Shown here one piece after another: positions 1-9,274 of a stretch of DNA of 64,000 nt. Location of the stretch: positions 10,702-74,701 of the forward strand of contig CAMDKS010000009.1 of assembly GCA_945900755.1 (NCBI GenBank), read 5' to 3'. The notes below the pieces were generated by a model. It had not been told where the DNA came from. It saw nothing but the letters and a program-made list of their open reading frames with translations, and ran no database searches. Every line of letters begins with the position of its first letter. The first letter of the stretch is position 1. This stretch comes from Bdellovibrio sp. ZAP7. Its GTDB lineage: Bacteria > Bdellovibrionota_B > Oligoflexia > Oligoflexales > RGVZ01. Both the position numbers and the translations under genes were made by a program.

Positions 1-668
1 TTGACAACCGTAGCCAGTAAATTTTGACCGACTTCTAGTTTTTCAAGAACTTGAGTACGTTCACCGGCTTGTTCCTCACGCAATAGTACGGAGCGAGACA
101 ACACAACATCGCGCCCTGCCACCTTGATAATTTTAAATCGAAATGTTTGTCCAATGTAAGTTGCCGGCAGCTTTCCGCTAATAATATCCATTTGTGAAAA
201 TGGGCAAAAGGCTTTAGCTCCCGTAATCTCGACTGAGTAGCCACCCTTGTTCTCGCCAACGACTTTGCCGTCGATTGGAAGTCCTGAATTCATGGCCAAC
301 ATCAAACCATCAAGTCCAGCATTGCGAGTGGAAATGGAGGTCGCTAGCTCAATGCCGTTCTTTAATGAGCTGACATAAAGTGAATAGGTTTCACCTACTT
401 TATACTTTTCAATCTCTTCCGGTGTCAAACCATCGGTCACCAAAACACCTTCACTGCGCTGGCCTACGTCACAAAGAATGCTGCCAGAAACAATTCCAAC
501 CACCTTAGCCGAAATTTTATCGCCTTGACGAAGTTTGGCAAACCCACGAATGGATTCGCGAGCGATCATTTCTGCAAATTCGTTGCCGTCGGTTTTAACG
601 ACTTCTTTTTCTTCGTCACCAAAAAGATCTCCGTCAGTTTGCTCTAGAAATCGATGCTTCTTCGCCAT
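1..668 (-). CDS. S1 RNA-binding domain protein (first 222 codons; C-terminus lies beyond the window start)
   Basis: Missing from the ORF track because there is no stop in the window. ATG at 668-666 is preceded by a GGGAG SD. Hand translation MAKKHRFLEQTDGDLFGDEE..GDKISAKVVGIVSGSILCDVGQRSEGVL..IDGKVVGENKGGYSVEITGAKAFCPFSQMD..FRFKIIKVAGRDVVLSRSVLL shows repeated S1/OB-type modules. Confidence 0.8.
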   Translation of the reverse strand, partial: MAKKHRFLEQTDGDLFGDEEKEVVKTDGNEFAEMIARESIRGFAKLRQGDKISAKVVGIVSGSILCDVGQRSEGVLVTDGLTPEEIEKYKVGETYSLYVSSLKNGIELATSISTRNAGLDGLMLAMNSGLPIDGKVVGENKGGYSVEITGAKAFCPFSQMDIISGKLPATYIGQTFRFKIIKVAGRDVVLSRSVLLREEQAGERTQVLEKLEVGQNLLATVV

Positions 669-1060
669 GGAAACTCCCTAAAAAATCAGTCTGTCAGTAA
701 ACGTTTTTTTGCCAAAATTCATGTTTTGAAGCGACACTATACCGCCACTTTACTTCAAGAGCTACGCAACAATTTAAAGCCTTTCAGGCCCTTTCGATGG
801 GATGGTGTGAAAGCGTAAATATGTAATTCGCGGCGAGTCATTGACCAGAAAACAGGGACTTAACGCAATGACGAGGGGTCTCAAATTTGATCAACTTTTG
901 GACACCATTGCACGTTGTACAGTCTATCTATCGGAGAGCAAGCCCGAGACGATGGATCCCGTCCTGGGCTCAGCACATTTAAAGATTTAATTACAGCATC
1001 TTACCTAAGTTTAGAGGGGGCAGACCAGACCTCGACTGCCCAAAAACGCTTTTTCGGGCA

Positions 1061-1076
1061 TGGCACGCCTTTTGCA
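1061..1076 (+). promoter_or_regulatory. sigma-54 (-24/-12) promoter candidate for the 1166-4950 operon
   Basis: TGGCACGCCTTTTGCA matches TGGCAC-N5-TTGCA, with GG and GC separated by 10 nt, 90 nt upstream of the ATG at 1166. Confidence 0.6.
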
Positions 1077-1165
1077 TTATTACTGTTAAGCCTTCTATCT
1101 GGAGTTGTACGACCACCGTATTGGTGGGGGGTAGTAGGAAAAAAATTGAAAAGGGCGATTAGGGC

Positions 1166-2227
1166 ATGTTGAACAAGGGTTACAAATTTCGTCCATTTAT
1201 CGAGCTGCTATTAGTAGCGTGTGCCTTTGTGTGGGCCGGTGCCGCTCGCGCCGATGATGGACAAATAAGGGTTTTTACAGTTTACAGTTACAATGCACCG
1301 TGGTCCGACAAAATTAGATTGGCGATGGACAGATATTTCCAGTCTCAGAAAATCAAGACCGTAAGAGCTTCATATTTTTTAGACTATAAAGGCCTCAACA
1401 AAAAGACTGCGGCCGCTCGTCAAAATGAGCTCGAAATTGCCGTGAATGTCGTTCGAAAATTCTCTCCCGATTACATTGTTATTTGCGATGATGAGGCGAT
1501 TCTTAGATTTCTGCCCATGATGTATGAACTCAATAAACCAATTATTTTTACAGGTGTCAACGGATTGCCTTCTAGCATTCCTGGTCTTGACTCACACAGG
1601 AAATTGATCACAGGAGTCTTTGAGCGTTATCCGATGAAACAAACGCTACGGTTACTTAGTGATATTAGTCCACGAAAAATCCATAAAATTAAGTTAATGA
1701 CAGAGTCCTCTGACACCGCAACAGCAATCATTGATTCAATACATAACTATTTTGAAAACAATGATTTAAAGTATACCTTGGAAAAAGATTTGGTCAGCAA
1801 TTCTTGGATCGAGTGGAAAGAGGCTATTGCTAATTGCAATACCGCCGGAATTGTACCTTGGGTTCTTTTGCCTTTTGATATTGTCGATCCGCAAGGGCAG
1901 CCCGTTAGTTTTAGAACAATCGGTGACTGGTTCATGGAAAATCTCCGAGTTCCAAGCCTATCCATTGTAGATTTAATCATTGAAATGGGGGTTATGGCCT
2001 CTGTAGCCATTGATCCTTCGACTCTCGGCAATGGTGCAGCAGAAATAATCGCGATGAACCACCTTAAACATGTCGAAATCGACAAAATTCCATTTCGGTT
2101 TCCAGAGCAGAGCGCAATTACAATCAATAAGGACGCAACAGATCGTCTTGGCGTTAAAATTCCCATTGAGCTTTTGGAGTACGGACGCATTATACAGTCT
2201 CACGGCAAGAAGAAGGTTGCAAAATGA
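1166..2227 (+). CDS. periplasmic substrate-binding-like protein (PBP fold), probable sensory partner of the downstream kinase
   Basis: 353-aa ORF with a signal peptide (LLLVACAFVWAGAARA). Alternating beta-alpha pattern resembles ABC-type substrate-binding proteins. Stop overlaps the kinase start (ATGA at 2224-2227). Confidence 0.6.
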   Translation: MLNKGYKFRPFIELLLVACAFVWAGAARADDGQIRVFTVYSYNAPWSDKIRLAMDRYFQSQKIKTVRASYFLDYKGLNKKTAAARQNELEIAVNVVRKFSPDYIVICDDEAILRFLPMMYELNKPIIFTGVNGLPSSIPGLDSHRKLITGVFERYPMKQTLRLLSDISPRKIHKIKLMTESSDTATAIIDSIHNYFENNDLKYTLEKDLVSNSWIEWKEAIANCNTAGIVPWVLLPFDIVDPQGQPVSFRTIGDWFMENLRVPSLSIVDLIIEMGVMASVAIDPSTLGNGAAEIIAMNHLKHVEIDKIPFRFPEQSAITINKDATDRLGVKIPIELLEYGRIIQSHGKKKVAK

Positions 2228-4950
2228 CAAGCAGCAGCCGTGGATCCAGAATGGTTACTAATGCGAGTCCCAGAAATCTATTCGGAAACTGGATTTACTT
2301 GGCCGTTTCAGTGGCCGTGATTCCTACCATGATCGGTGGATATTTATACTATCGTCAAGTCATCACCCAACAGCGTAATGACTTGAAGGGAAATCTTAGG
2401 GCGATAGCCGAGACCTCCGCAAAAGACACGAGCAGGCAGCTGGACTTCTGGCATCAGTCTCTCTCAAACTTCGGACAACTTCGCATATTTGATGTTGCTA
2501 TTGATTATGATCGATACGAAGGCATCGAAGATTTTTTCGAATCCATAGTAAAATCAGACACAAAATACCGCGGACTCCTGATGGTTGACGTGAATGGAAA
2601 GCTCCTTGCTTCCGCTAGAAAAGTTTTGACTTCAACGGGTGCAAAATCGAGTGTCCAAGAATGGGAGACTCTGCTTGGAGAGGTAAACTATGCGACTGCA
2701 GGCGGAAATTTTGGAGTGGTTGAGGGAGGTCCGTATTCAGGAAGTGTTATCGTCTCAGCCCCAATCATGGACCTAAGCCAAAAAGTGCGGGGTAAGCTTA
2801 TCGGAGTTTTCTCAAATACATTTGCTTTAGACGCCCTCGCGCAGAGTAGAGACCTATATTCAAGTAGTCATAAAGTTCAGCTGGAGTATTCCACTACCCT
2901 AAATCAGGGTAATTGGAATGCAAATCTTGGCAAGTCTGAGAAATGGACGAAAATGCCGTTGGAAGGTAGCCTTCGTTTCTGTGGCAATTACGGAGACTCG
3001 AATAAAATTGTGGCGATGTCTTGTTTATCTGCTGAGAAAGTCCAAATATATTCGCAGATATCGGGCAACACCTTGATGGCCTTGATCCTGATTCTATTCT
3101 CAGCATTAGGATTCGGTTTGGCCATGTATTATGGTATGTGGAGTGTTACTCGGACTGTTCGCATAATATTGAGAAAGTTAGAAGAAATTTCTGATGGTGA
3201 CTATAGCAAGCTTGACGAAATTAGAGTTGGCGACATTGACTACTATGTCAAAATCGCAAATCGACTGATTGATAAAATGGAAACATTTCGCTTGAAGGCC
3301 GATGAAAATGTGCGTGCATCTGCCGTGGCAAATTTGACGAGCATGCTGGCGCACGACGTTAGAAAGCCATTTTCAATGCTAAAGTCTGGTTTGAGCATTT
3401 TGAGTCAGACAACTGACCCAGAAAAATTTTCAGAGAAGCTTGAATACTTGCAAAGATCCGTTGGGCGCGCAGCAGATTCCGTAGATGGCATGATTCTCGA
3501 CATCATGGAAATTAGTTCGACCTCGACGACCCTAGAGCTGGAGGCCGTTGCGCCCGAGGTTTTAATTGAAGCAGCACTATTGGAAGTATTTCGGATTTAT
3601 CCAAAGTCCAATATTTCAATTTTCTACGACCTCGATGCAGGCGCTTTGATAAGCGTTAATGTTCCGAAAATTGGTCGCCTATTGTCGAACATATTAGCCA
3701 ATGCAGTACAAGAAATGCGTTTAGAGGGTTCAATTTGGTTTCGGACGGTAGACGTTGGTGGTTTTTTAGAGATTACAATTGGAAACTCTGGATCGCAGAT
3801 TTCAGAAGCAAATCTTTCTAAAGTTTTTGAGCCATTTTTTACCAGTGGCAAAAAAAGTGGAACTGGACTCGGACTGGCGATTGCCAAAAAAGTGGTCGAA
3901 GACCATGGGGGTAGCATTTGTTGCAACTCCAGCGCCTCGATTCAATTCCCAGAGGGTCAAGTCGAGTTTGTTTTTACATTGCCCCTGTCAGACAGTTATG
4001 CGGACGATTTGGGTCGTGTTCTGCCAGGTCATAGCTGTGAGGTTCTTGAACAAATTAACTCAGCTGCGGGCTTGATGATTGGCTCCATTGGCCACGACGC
4101 AAGTGAAAATGCGATTGAAGCTGAATTGCTGGCGATCAATAAGCCTATTAGGGTTCTAATTGTTGATGACGAAGAGTTGTATCGAAGTAATCTTGAGGCT
4201 CTCGTTAACAAAAGTGCAGAACTTCGGAAAATCGTGACCCTATCACATGCTTCAGGGTCCGATTCGGCGATTGAAGCGCTCAGAAACGAGCCGTTTGATC
4301 TTGTTATAACGGATGTCGATATGGGTGCCGACTCCCTAAGTGGATTTGACCTTGTTAGCGTTATAAGGGAGGATTTTGGATTTCAAGGTGTCATTTGTAT
4401 TCATTCAAATCGTTTGGTCATGGCGGATCACAAAACAGCCATAACTAAAGGAGCGGATTCATTTTTGCCAAAGCCCATGGCCCGAGTGCATTTGCTCAAA
4501 ATTCTATTGCAGGCAGGAAAGCGAGTTCATGCGGATTCTGTTTCCTCTGAAGTCCAGATCCTCCCGGAGATTGCTGTCGTTGAAGATGATGTATTTATTG
4601 TTGAGATGTGGGTAAGGAAGCTTGCCGGACAGGCGCATGTTCATGTTTTCTTGTCACCGGAGACTTTTCAACGTGCGCTAGCGGCTGAGCCTGACTTAGT
4701 CAACAGGCTTGACATGGTTATCACGGACTATTATTTTGATGAGATCCAAGAAACCGGGGCTGACGTAGGTGAGATGGTCAAGTCTCTTTGCAAAGATATT
4801 CCAGTTATTCTCTGTTCCAATGGTGAATTCAACCTGAACCAATTTTCGGGATCCATTGATAGGGTGATTTCGAAGTCTCCCCGCGAATACAAAGATCTTC
4901 TGGCCGTAGTGTCGTATAATACACGAAGAGAGTCGCAAAAATTTGCATAA
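2224..4950 (+). CDS. hybrid sensor histidine kinase with two C-terminal receiver domains
   Basis: 908 aa. Two TM segments flank a ~250-aa periplasmic region. H-box LAHDVRKPF; HATPase G-boxes GNSGSQI and GTGLGLAIAKKVVEDHGGSI. REC1 is VLIVDDEE..DLVITDVDMG..LPKP; REC2 is AVVEDDV..MVITDYYFD..ISKSP. Confidence 0.9.
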   Translation: MTSSSRGSRMVTNASPRNLFGNWIYLAVSVAVIPTMIGGYLYYRQVITQQRNDLKGNLRAIAETSAKDTSRQLDFWHQSLSNFGQLRIFDVAIDYDRYEGIEDFFESIVKSDTKYRGLLMVDVNGKLLASARKVLTSTGAKSSVQEWETLLGEVNYATAGGNFGVVEGGPYSGSVIVSAPIMDLSQKVRGKLIGVFSNTFALDALAQSRDLYSSSHKVQLEYSTTLNQGNWNANLGKSEKWTKMPLEGSLRFCGNYGDSNKIVAMSCLSAEKVQIYSQISGNTLMALILILFSALGFGLAMYYGMWSVTRTVRIILRKLEEISDGDYSKLDEIRVGDIDYYVKIANRLIDKMETFRLKADENVRASAVANLTSMLAHDVRKPFSMLKSGLSILSQTTDPEKFSEKLEYLQRSVGRAADSVDGMILDIMEISSTSTTLELEAVAPEVLIEAALLEVFRIYPKSNISIFYDLDAGALISVNVPKIGRLLSNILANAVQEMRLEGSIWFRTVDVGGFLEITIGNSGSQISEANLSKVFEPFFTSGKKSGTGLGLAIAKKVVEDHGGSICCNSSASIQFPEGQVEFVFTLPLSDSYADDLGRVLPGHSCEVLEQINSAAGLMIGSIGHDASENAIEAELLAINKPIRVLIVDDEELYRSNLEALVNKSAELRKIVTLSHASGSDSAIEALRNEPFDLVITDVDMGADSLSGFDLVSVIREDFGFQGVICIHSNRLVMADHKTAITKGADSFLPKPMARVHLLKILLQAGKRVHADSVSSEVQILPEIAVVEDDVFIVEMWVRKLAGQAHVHVFLSPETFQRALAAEPDLVNRLDMVITDYYFDEIQETGADVGEMVKSLCKDIPVILCSNGEFNLNQFSGSIDRVISKSPREYKDLLAVVSYNTRRESQKFA

Positions 4951-5033
4951 ATTTTGAATTCTCGATATCCTTGTTGCGTTACAATTCAGCATCCTCAGGC
5001 GAAATGAATTTCTAAAATTATGGAGATTAAATT

Positions 5034-5402
5034 ATGCCGATATGGTGGTCGTTTATCTTGACTGGAATTTTGGCTGGAATTGCTTCAGGAATGTTTGGTA
5101 TTGGTGGCGGGATCATCATCACGCCGGTGCTGGTTTTGATTTTTAAGATGGACCAGCATGCGGCCAGTGGAACCTCATTGGTAGCGTTACTTCTACCAGT
5201 TGGTGCGTTAGCTGTTTGGAACTATTGGCAAGCTGGAAAAATTGGTCCCGCCCATTTGTCGTCAGGACTTTGGCTCGCAGCTGGGATGGCTGTGGGTGCT
5301 TTTTTTGGAAGTAAAATTGCGATTGGAATCAGTCCCGATACCCTCAGAAAAATATTTGCAGGATTCATGGTGCTTGCCGCAGGACGCATGGCCTTTGGTT
5401 AA
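5034..5402 (+). CDS. TSUP (TauE/SafE) family membrane protein, half-length (122 aa, about 4 TM)
   Basis: Very hydrophobic ORF with the family-typical Gly-rich helix GMFGIGGGIIITPVL. SD GGAGA lies upstream of the ATG. Confidence 0.7.
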   Translation: MPIWWSFILTGILAGIASGMFGIGGGIIITPVLVLIFKMDQHAASGTSLVALLLPVGALAVWNYWQAGKIGPAHLSSGLWLAAGMAVGAFFGSKIAIGISPDTLRKIFAGFMVLAAGRMAFG

Positions 5403-5429
5403 GGACTATCAAATCCGTGGGATCGAAAA

Positions 5430-6011
5430 TTATTTGAACAGAATTTTGCGGTAATACCGCAGTTCTTCAATACTCTCTTTGATGTCATCGAGTGCGCGGT
5501 GGGAATTTTTCTTAGACTTCCCTTTATCAGACTCTGCAGGATACCAAATTTTACCAAGGATTTTGACGGAGCTAACATCAACTAGTCGGTAGTGAAGGTA
5601 TTCGTCTAAGAGTTTCATATGTTTAGCGATGAAGCGACGATCTTGCCAAATACTATTGCCGCATAGTGGGCTTTCTCGTGGGCCGCAATGCTGTTTAATA
5701 AAGTCTAGCGTTATTTTCTCGGCTTCGTCTTGAGTGATCGTAGAGGTTAAGACCTTGGCCCAGAGCCCACTTTTGGTGTGTTGGGTTTGGTTCCAGGAAT
5801 CCATTTTTGCAAACCTTTCGGCAGACTGATGGATAATAATTTCAGGGCCAGTCTCAATGACATTCAGCTCGAGATCGGTGATTAGGGTGGCCATTTCAAT
5901 AATGACATCGGTTTCAGAATCAAGACCAGTCATCTCCAAGTCCATCCAGACTAGATTTTTGGGTTGGTCATTTTTTTTTGCGTCTACCACGATTGAGCAC
6001 TCCAAGTTCAT
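5430..6011 (-). CDS. orn: oligoribonuclease
   Basis: Collinear with E. coli Orn: NLVWMDLEMTGLD, CGNSIWQDRRF, HYRLVDVSS, HRALDDIKESIEELRYYR (DEDDh exonuclease motifs). Confidence 0.92.
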   Translation of the reverse strand: MNLECSIVVDAKKNDQPKNLVWMDLEMTGLDSETDVIIEMATLITDLELNVIETGPEIIIHQSAERFAKMDSWNQTQHTKSGLWAKVLTSTITQDEAEKITLDFIKQHCGPRESPLCGNSIWQDRRFIAKHMKLLDEYLHYRLVDVSSVKILGKIWYPAESDKGKSKKNSHRALDDIKESIEELRYYRKILFK

Positions 6012-6811
6012 TAATCTGATATTATGTCATTTTGTGGGCTACAAGTGAAGTAAAACGCCATCTGGCGATTAGCGATCCATTCGACCACAGAATTTACTTG
6101 GGCAGACTCTAATATTTTATTGTGGTTTTTAAGAATTTTTAAAGCAACCTCTTTTTCCGCAAATATATTGGTCAGGGCAGAATACCATCTATAGCCATCG
6201 TATGAAACATTTGCAGCACCCTCTTCCGCCAAGGCGGCAATGACATCAGCCGCAGAAGCGCCTGGCTGAGATTTTAGCAAGATTTTGAGCGGTCGATGTC
6301 CAAATGAGCTTGGATAAGTGCCGTCACCGAGAATGGCTGTTTCACTATCATTAAACTCCCAGTAATCCGCGGTCAACTCAAACCAAAACGAGATTTGGCC
6401 AATCGGGGTATTGAAGACTGCACGGGGCTGTGCAGCTCCTGGACTAGCCTCCGGAACGCTCATCCATATTTGAACCGTCGATTGGTCAAGTAGGTCACTG
6501 CTAATATTATGGCTGGCAAACCATAGTTTTGCGGCCTTAACCATTCGGAGCTCAAATTCTGAGCGATCAAATGTCGTTACGGTGTCTATAATTCTAAAAA
6601 TGTAAGAATCCCTGTTTTTGCACACCTCAACAGGAGGATTGGGATCATTTTCTGGGTATCCGACGCAAGACTGTCGATCGACGTCATCCGTTGGGATTGC
6701 TGCGCCGCTCAGAGCGAGATCGCTGTTGAAAAGTTGGACGAATACGATTCCCACTTTAAATGATGTATATAATTTGCGTCTTAATGTCATCTTCCCCATC
6801 CTTTTACTCAA
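6011..6811 (-). CDS. hypothetical secreted protein
   Basis: 266-aa ORF with an N-terminal hydrophobic signal-like segment. Stop TAA overlaps the orn ATG (TAATG). No recognisable motif. Confidence 0.6.
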   Translation of the reverse strand: MSKRMGKMTLRRKLYTSFKVGIVFVQLFNSDLALSGAAIPTDDVDRQSCVGYPENDPNPPVEVCKNRDSYIFRIIDTVTTFDRSEFELRMVKAAKLWFASHNISSDLLDQSTVQIWMSVPEASPGAAQPRAVFNTPIGQISFWFELTADYWEFNDSETAILGDGTYPSSFGHRPLKILLKSQPGASAADVIAALAEEGAANVSYDGYRWYSALTNIFAEKEVALKILKNHNKILESAQVNSVVEWIANRQMAFYFTCSPQNDIISD

Positions 6812-7018
6812 TCCTCAGTAAGCAACTAGGATCATGAAGGGAGATCGGTCAATTTTTTGAAAAGTTAAGAATTTTTGATAGAATTTTCCAAGATGCGTTT
6901 TAAAGCCCCAATTTCAATGATATTTTTCGAAAAATTAAATAATATTGATTGCGAATTGGGTCGACTCATGCTTTCATTGGTTCTCGTTCACCCTCAATTT
7001 CTTGGAGAATATTAAATT

Positions 7019-8089
7019 ATGAAAATAACGATAGCTAAGTGGACTCTTGCTTTGACTATAGCCTCCGTCGGAGCTTTTTCTGGTGTAGGAAATGCTGCGG
7101 AACCTGCTTTCAAAGTGTTTGGAACAACGGTTTCGATGGATGAAGTGGCTAAAGAAAAGCAAGGCGATTTCTTTGAAATGGACCGCAAGAAATTCGACAT
7201 TGTTGAGGGCATGGCTCAATCTCAATTCATGCAAAAATTTTGGGAAAAGAAAGCGACCGAGGCCAAAGTTTCGGTAGAGGAAGCTCGCCGTACCTACATG
7301 TCGAAAAATGTCAAAATCTCTGACAAAGAAGTCAAAGAAATGGCTGATAAGCACAAAGACAATCCACAATTTGCTAAGTTCAATAAGGAAGAGCAGCAAA
7401 AGCAAGTGCGTGATTATTTGACTGACCGAGCATCGCGTACGGTTGAGGCTGACATTATTCGCCAAGGGATGAAGTCTGGCGACTTAGTTATTCATTTCCC
7501 ACAGCCAAAAGAACCGGTGTTCGCATTAACGCTCAGTGATTCGGATCATACGCGTTATGGACCTGGCGCTGACGACACAAAAACTATGGGCTGCGATCGA
7601 AAGTCTTGCCCGATTACTGTGGTTGAATACAGCGAATTTCAGTGTCCATACTGCTCGAAAGCCATGCCTGCAGTTAAAAGAATTCTAACTGAGTTCCGTG
7701 GAAAAATTAGCTGGACGGTCCGAGATTTTCCTCTAAGCTTTCATGATCGCGCTCGTCCCGCAGCCGCTGCAGCTCATTGTGCCGGCGATCAAGGAAAATT
7801 CTGGCATCTCTATACTTCCATCTTCGATAACCAATCAGATCTTAAAGATGACGATTTGAAGAAATATGCTCATAAAGCGGTTTCTGATAAGGCAAAATGG
7901 GATGAATGCTTTAAGAATCAAGTGGCAAAAAATCCGGCCATCGATGCCAACATCGAGTCCGGCATGAAAGTTGGCGTAACCGGCACTCCTGCCTTTTTTA
8001 TCAATGGCCGTCGACTGAGCGGAGCCCTTCCTTACGAGGAGTTTAAACGGGTCATCGACGAAGAAATCGGCCGGGGAAAGAAGTCGTAA
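7019..8089 (+). CDS. periplasmic DsbA-family thiol:disulfide oxidoreductase with N-terminal helical extension
   Basis: Signal peptide; CPYC active site (EFQCPYCSKA); cis-Pro loop region VTGTPAFFINGRRL. Confidence 0.85.
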   Translation: MKITIAKWTLALTIASVGAFSGVGNAAEPAFKVFGTTVSMDEVAKEKQGDFFEMDRKKFDIVEGMAQSQFMQKFWEKKATEAKVSVEEARRTYMSKNVKISDKEVKEMADKHKDNPQFAKFNKEEQQKQVRDYLTDRASRTVEADIIRQGMKSGDLVIHFPQPKEPVFALTLSDSDHTRYGPGADDTKTMGCDRKSCPITVVEYSEFQCPYCSKAMPAVKRILTEFRGKISWTVRDFPLSFHDRARPAAAAAHCAGDQGKFWHLYTSIFDNQSDLKDDDLKKYAHKAVSDKAKWDECFKNQVAKNPAIDANIESGMKVGVTGTPAFFINGRRLSGALPYEEFKRVIDEEIGRGKKS

Positions 8090-8203
8090 CTAGCTGATTT
8101 TGCATTTATTTTTATATTCCTACTAAAGTCCCCATGTTTTAATCCGATTGTAGACCTGTTCAACGAGCAGTGTTGAGCTCGGAAAAATTCATGGGGTGTT
8201 TTT

Positions 8204-8632
8204 ATGGCTGAAGGTAAGCGAGAAAATAGGAAAATGGTGAGGTTGCTGCTTAAAGCTCCTCTGAAAGTTACCATACGCTCGCTTGGCGCTGAAATTTCTT
8301 ATGAGCTCGAAACTCGCAATCTCTCCTACACCGGATTTTTTCTAGACTTTGAAAAACCTGGTCGCTTTCCGTTTACTCCTGCATCCATCATGGAAATTTG
8401 GATCGAGCTTGAAAAAGGTTTTACGATTTTTTTCAATGGAAAAATGGTACGCAAAGTCATGCCGGGCGAACCAGGAAGTGACATTACCGGGCCAGGAATC
8501 GCTGTTCATATTATTCAAATTGAACCAAAAACAGACATTCAATTAAAGAATTTCATAGATCGCCGAGTCGCTGAATTAGCCGTAATTGCGGAAGAAGAAG
8601 CAGCGGCAAAAAATTCTAGTCAATCGGCATAG
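8204..8632 (+). CDS. PilZ domain protein (c-di-GMP binding motifs intact)
   Basis: RxxxR (RKMVR) near the N-terminus and (D/N)xSxxG (NLSYTG) about 30 aa downstream. Confidence 0.7.
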   Translation: MAEGKRENRKMVRLLLKAPLKVTIRSLGAEISYELETRNLSYTGFFLDFEKPGRFPFTPASIMEIWIELEKGFTIFFNGKMVRKVMPGEPGSDITGPGIAVHIIQIEPKTDIQLKNFIDRRVAELAVIAEEEAAAKNSSQSA

Positions 8633-8634
8633 CC

Positions 8635-9237
8635 CTAGTCCCCTTTAGTGGAGCGAAGCAACGCCGAGTCAGGATGCTTCCATTTTATGTTGCATCCGAG
8701 ACTTGGTTTTTGTTCGGCGAGGACAGGGCGCCCTTCGACGAGTGCGTCGAGGGCTGTGCGTAGGTCTCGTCCTGTGACAGGCATTTTGTTGGACGGCCGG
8801 CTGTCGTCAAGCTGCCCACGATAGGCGAGTAAGTGAGTGCGATCAAAAAGATAAATATCAGGGGTGCAAGCGGCCTTGAAGGCTTTAGCTACGGCTTGAG
8901 ATTCGTCGAAGAGGTAAGGGAAAATATAACCAGCGGTCTCCTTTTCAATTTTCATTTTATCGGGAGCATCATCTGGGTGATTTACAACGTCGTTGCTATT
9001 AATGGCGACGATGCCGATACCTTTCGGCAGGTAGTCGCGACCGATGGCTGCTAGTTGCTGGCGAATGTGAATGACAAAGGGGCAGTGATTGCAAATAAAT
9101 AGAACTAAAAGAGGCTTTCCTTTGAAGTCTTTATCGGAGATTTGTTTGCCGTCCGTGTCAGGAAGCAAAAACGAGGGAATTTTCGTTCCAAGGTCTAACA
9201 TATTTGATGGGGTGCGAGCCATTTGGGGCTTCTCCAA
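8635..9237 (-). CDS. thioredoxin-fold protein (AhpC/TSA-like, CNHC redox motif)
   Basis: GKPLLVLFICNHCPFV is a typical thioredoxin-fold CxxC context. 200 aa; the start may be the internal MARTP. Confidence 0.75.
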   Translation of the reverse strand: MEKPQMARTPSNMLDLGTKIPSFLLPDTDGKQISDKDFKGKPLLVLFICNHCPFVIHIRQQLAAIGRDYLPKGIGIVAINSNDVVNHPDDAPDKMKIEKETAGYIFPYLFDESQAVAKAFKAACTPDIYLFDRTHLLAYRGQLDDSRPSNKMPVTGRDLRTALDALVEGRPVLAEQKPSLGCNIKWKHPDSALLRSTKGD

Positions 9238-9274
9238 GGTGAGGGTTGTCTTTGCTTAGCGGCGAGCGGGTAGA

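Noticed and set aside
915-1172. 85-aa ORF in the S1-gene / binding-protein intergenic region
   Set aside because: It has a TTG start, no SD and a low-complexity product. It spans the sigma-54 promoter and dyads, so the region is better explained as regulatory DNA.
1747-2190. Antisense ORFs inside long, well-supported genes (this one and many similar track entries, e.g. 3624-3926, 11739-12065, 29047-29496, 36213-36692, 58815-59138)
   Set aside because: Each lies opposite a gene with clear family motifs. They lack SDs and have skewed low-complexity composition typical of shadow ORFs.
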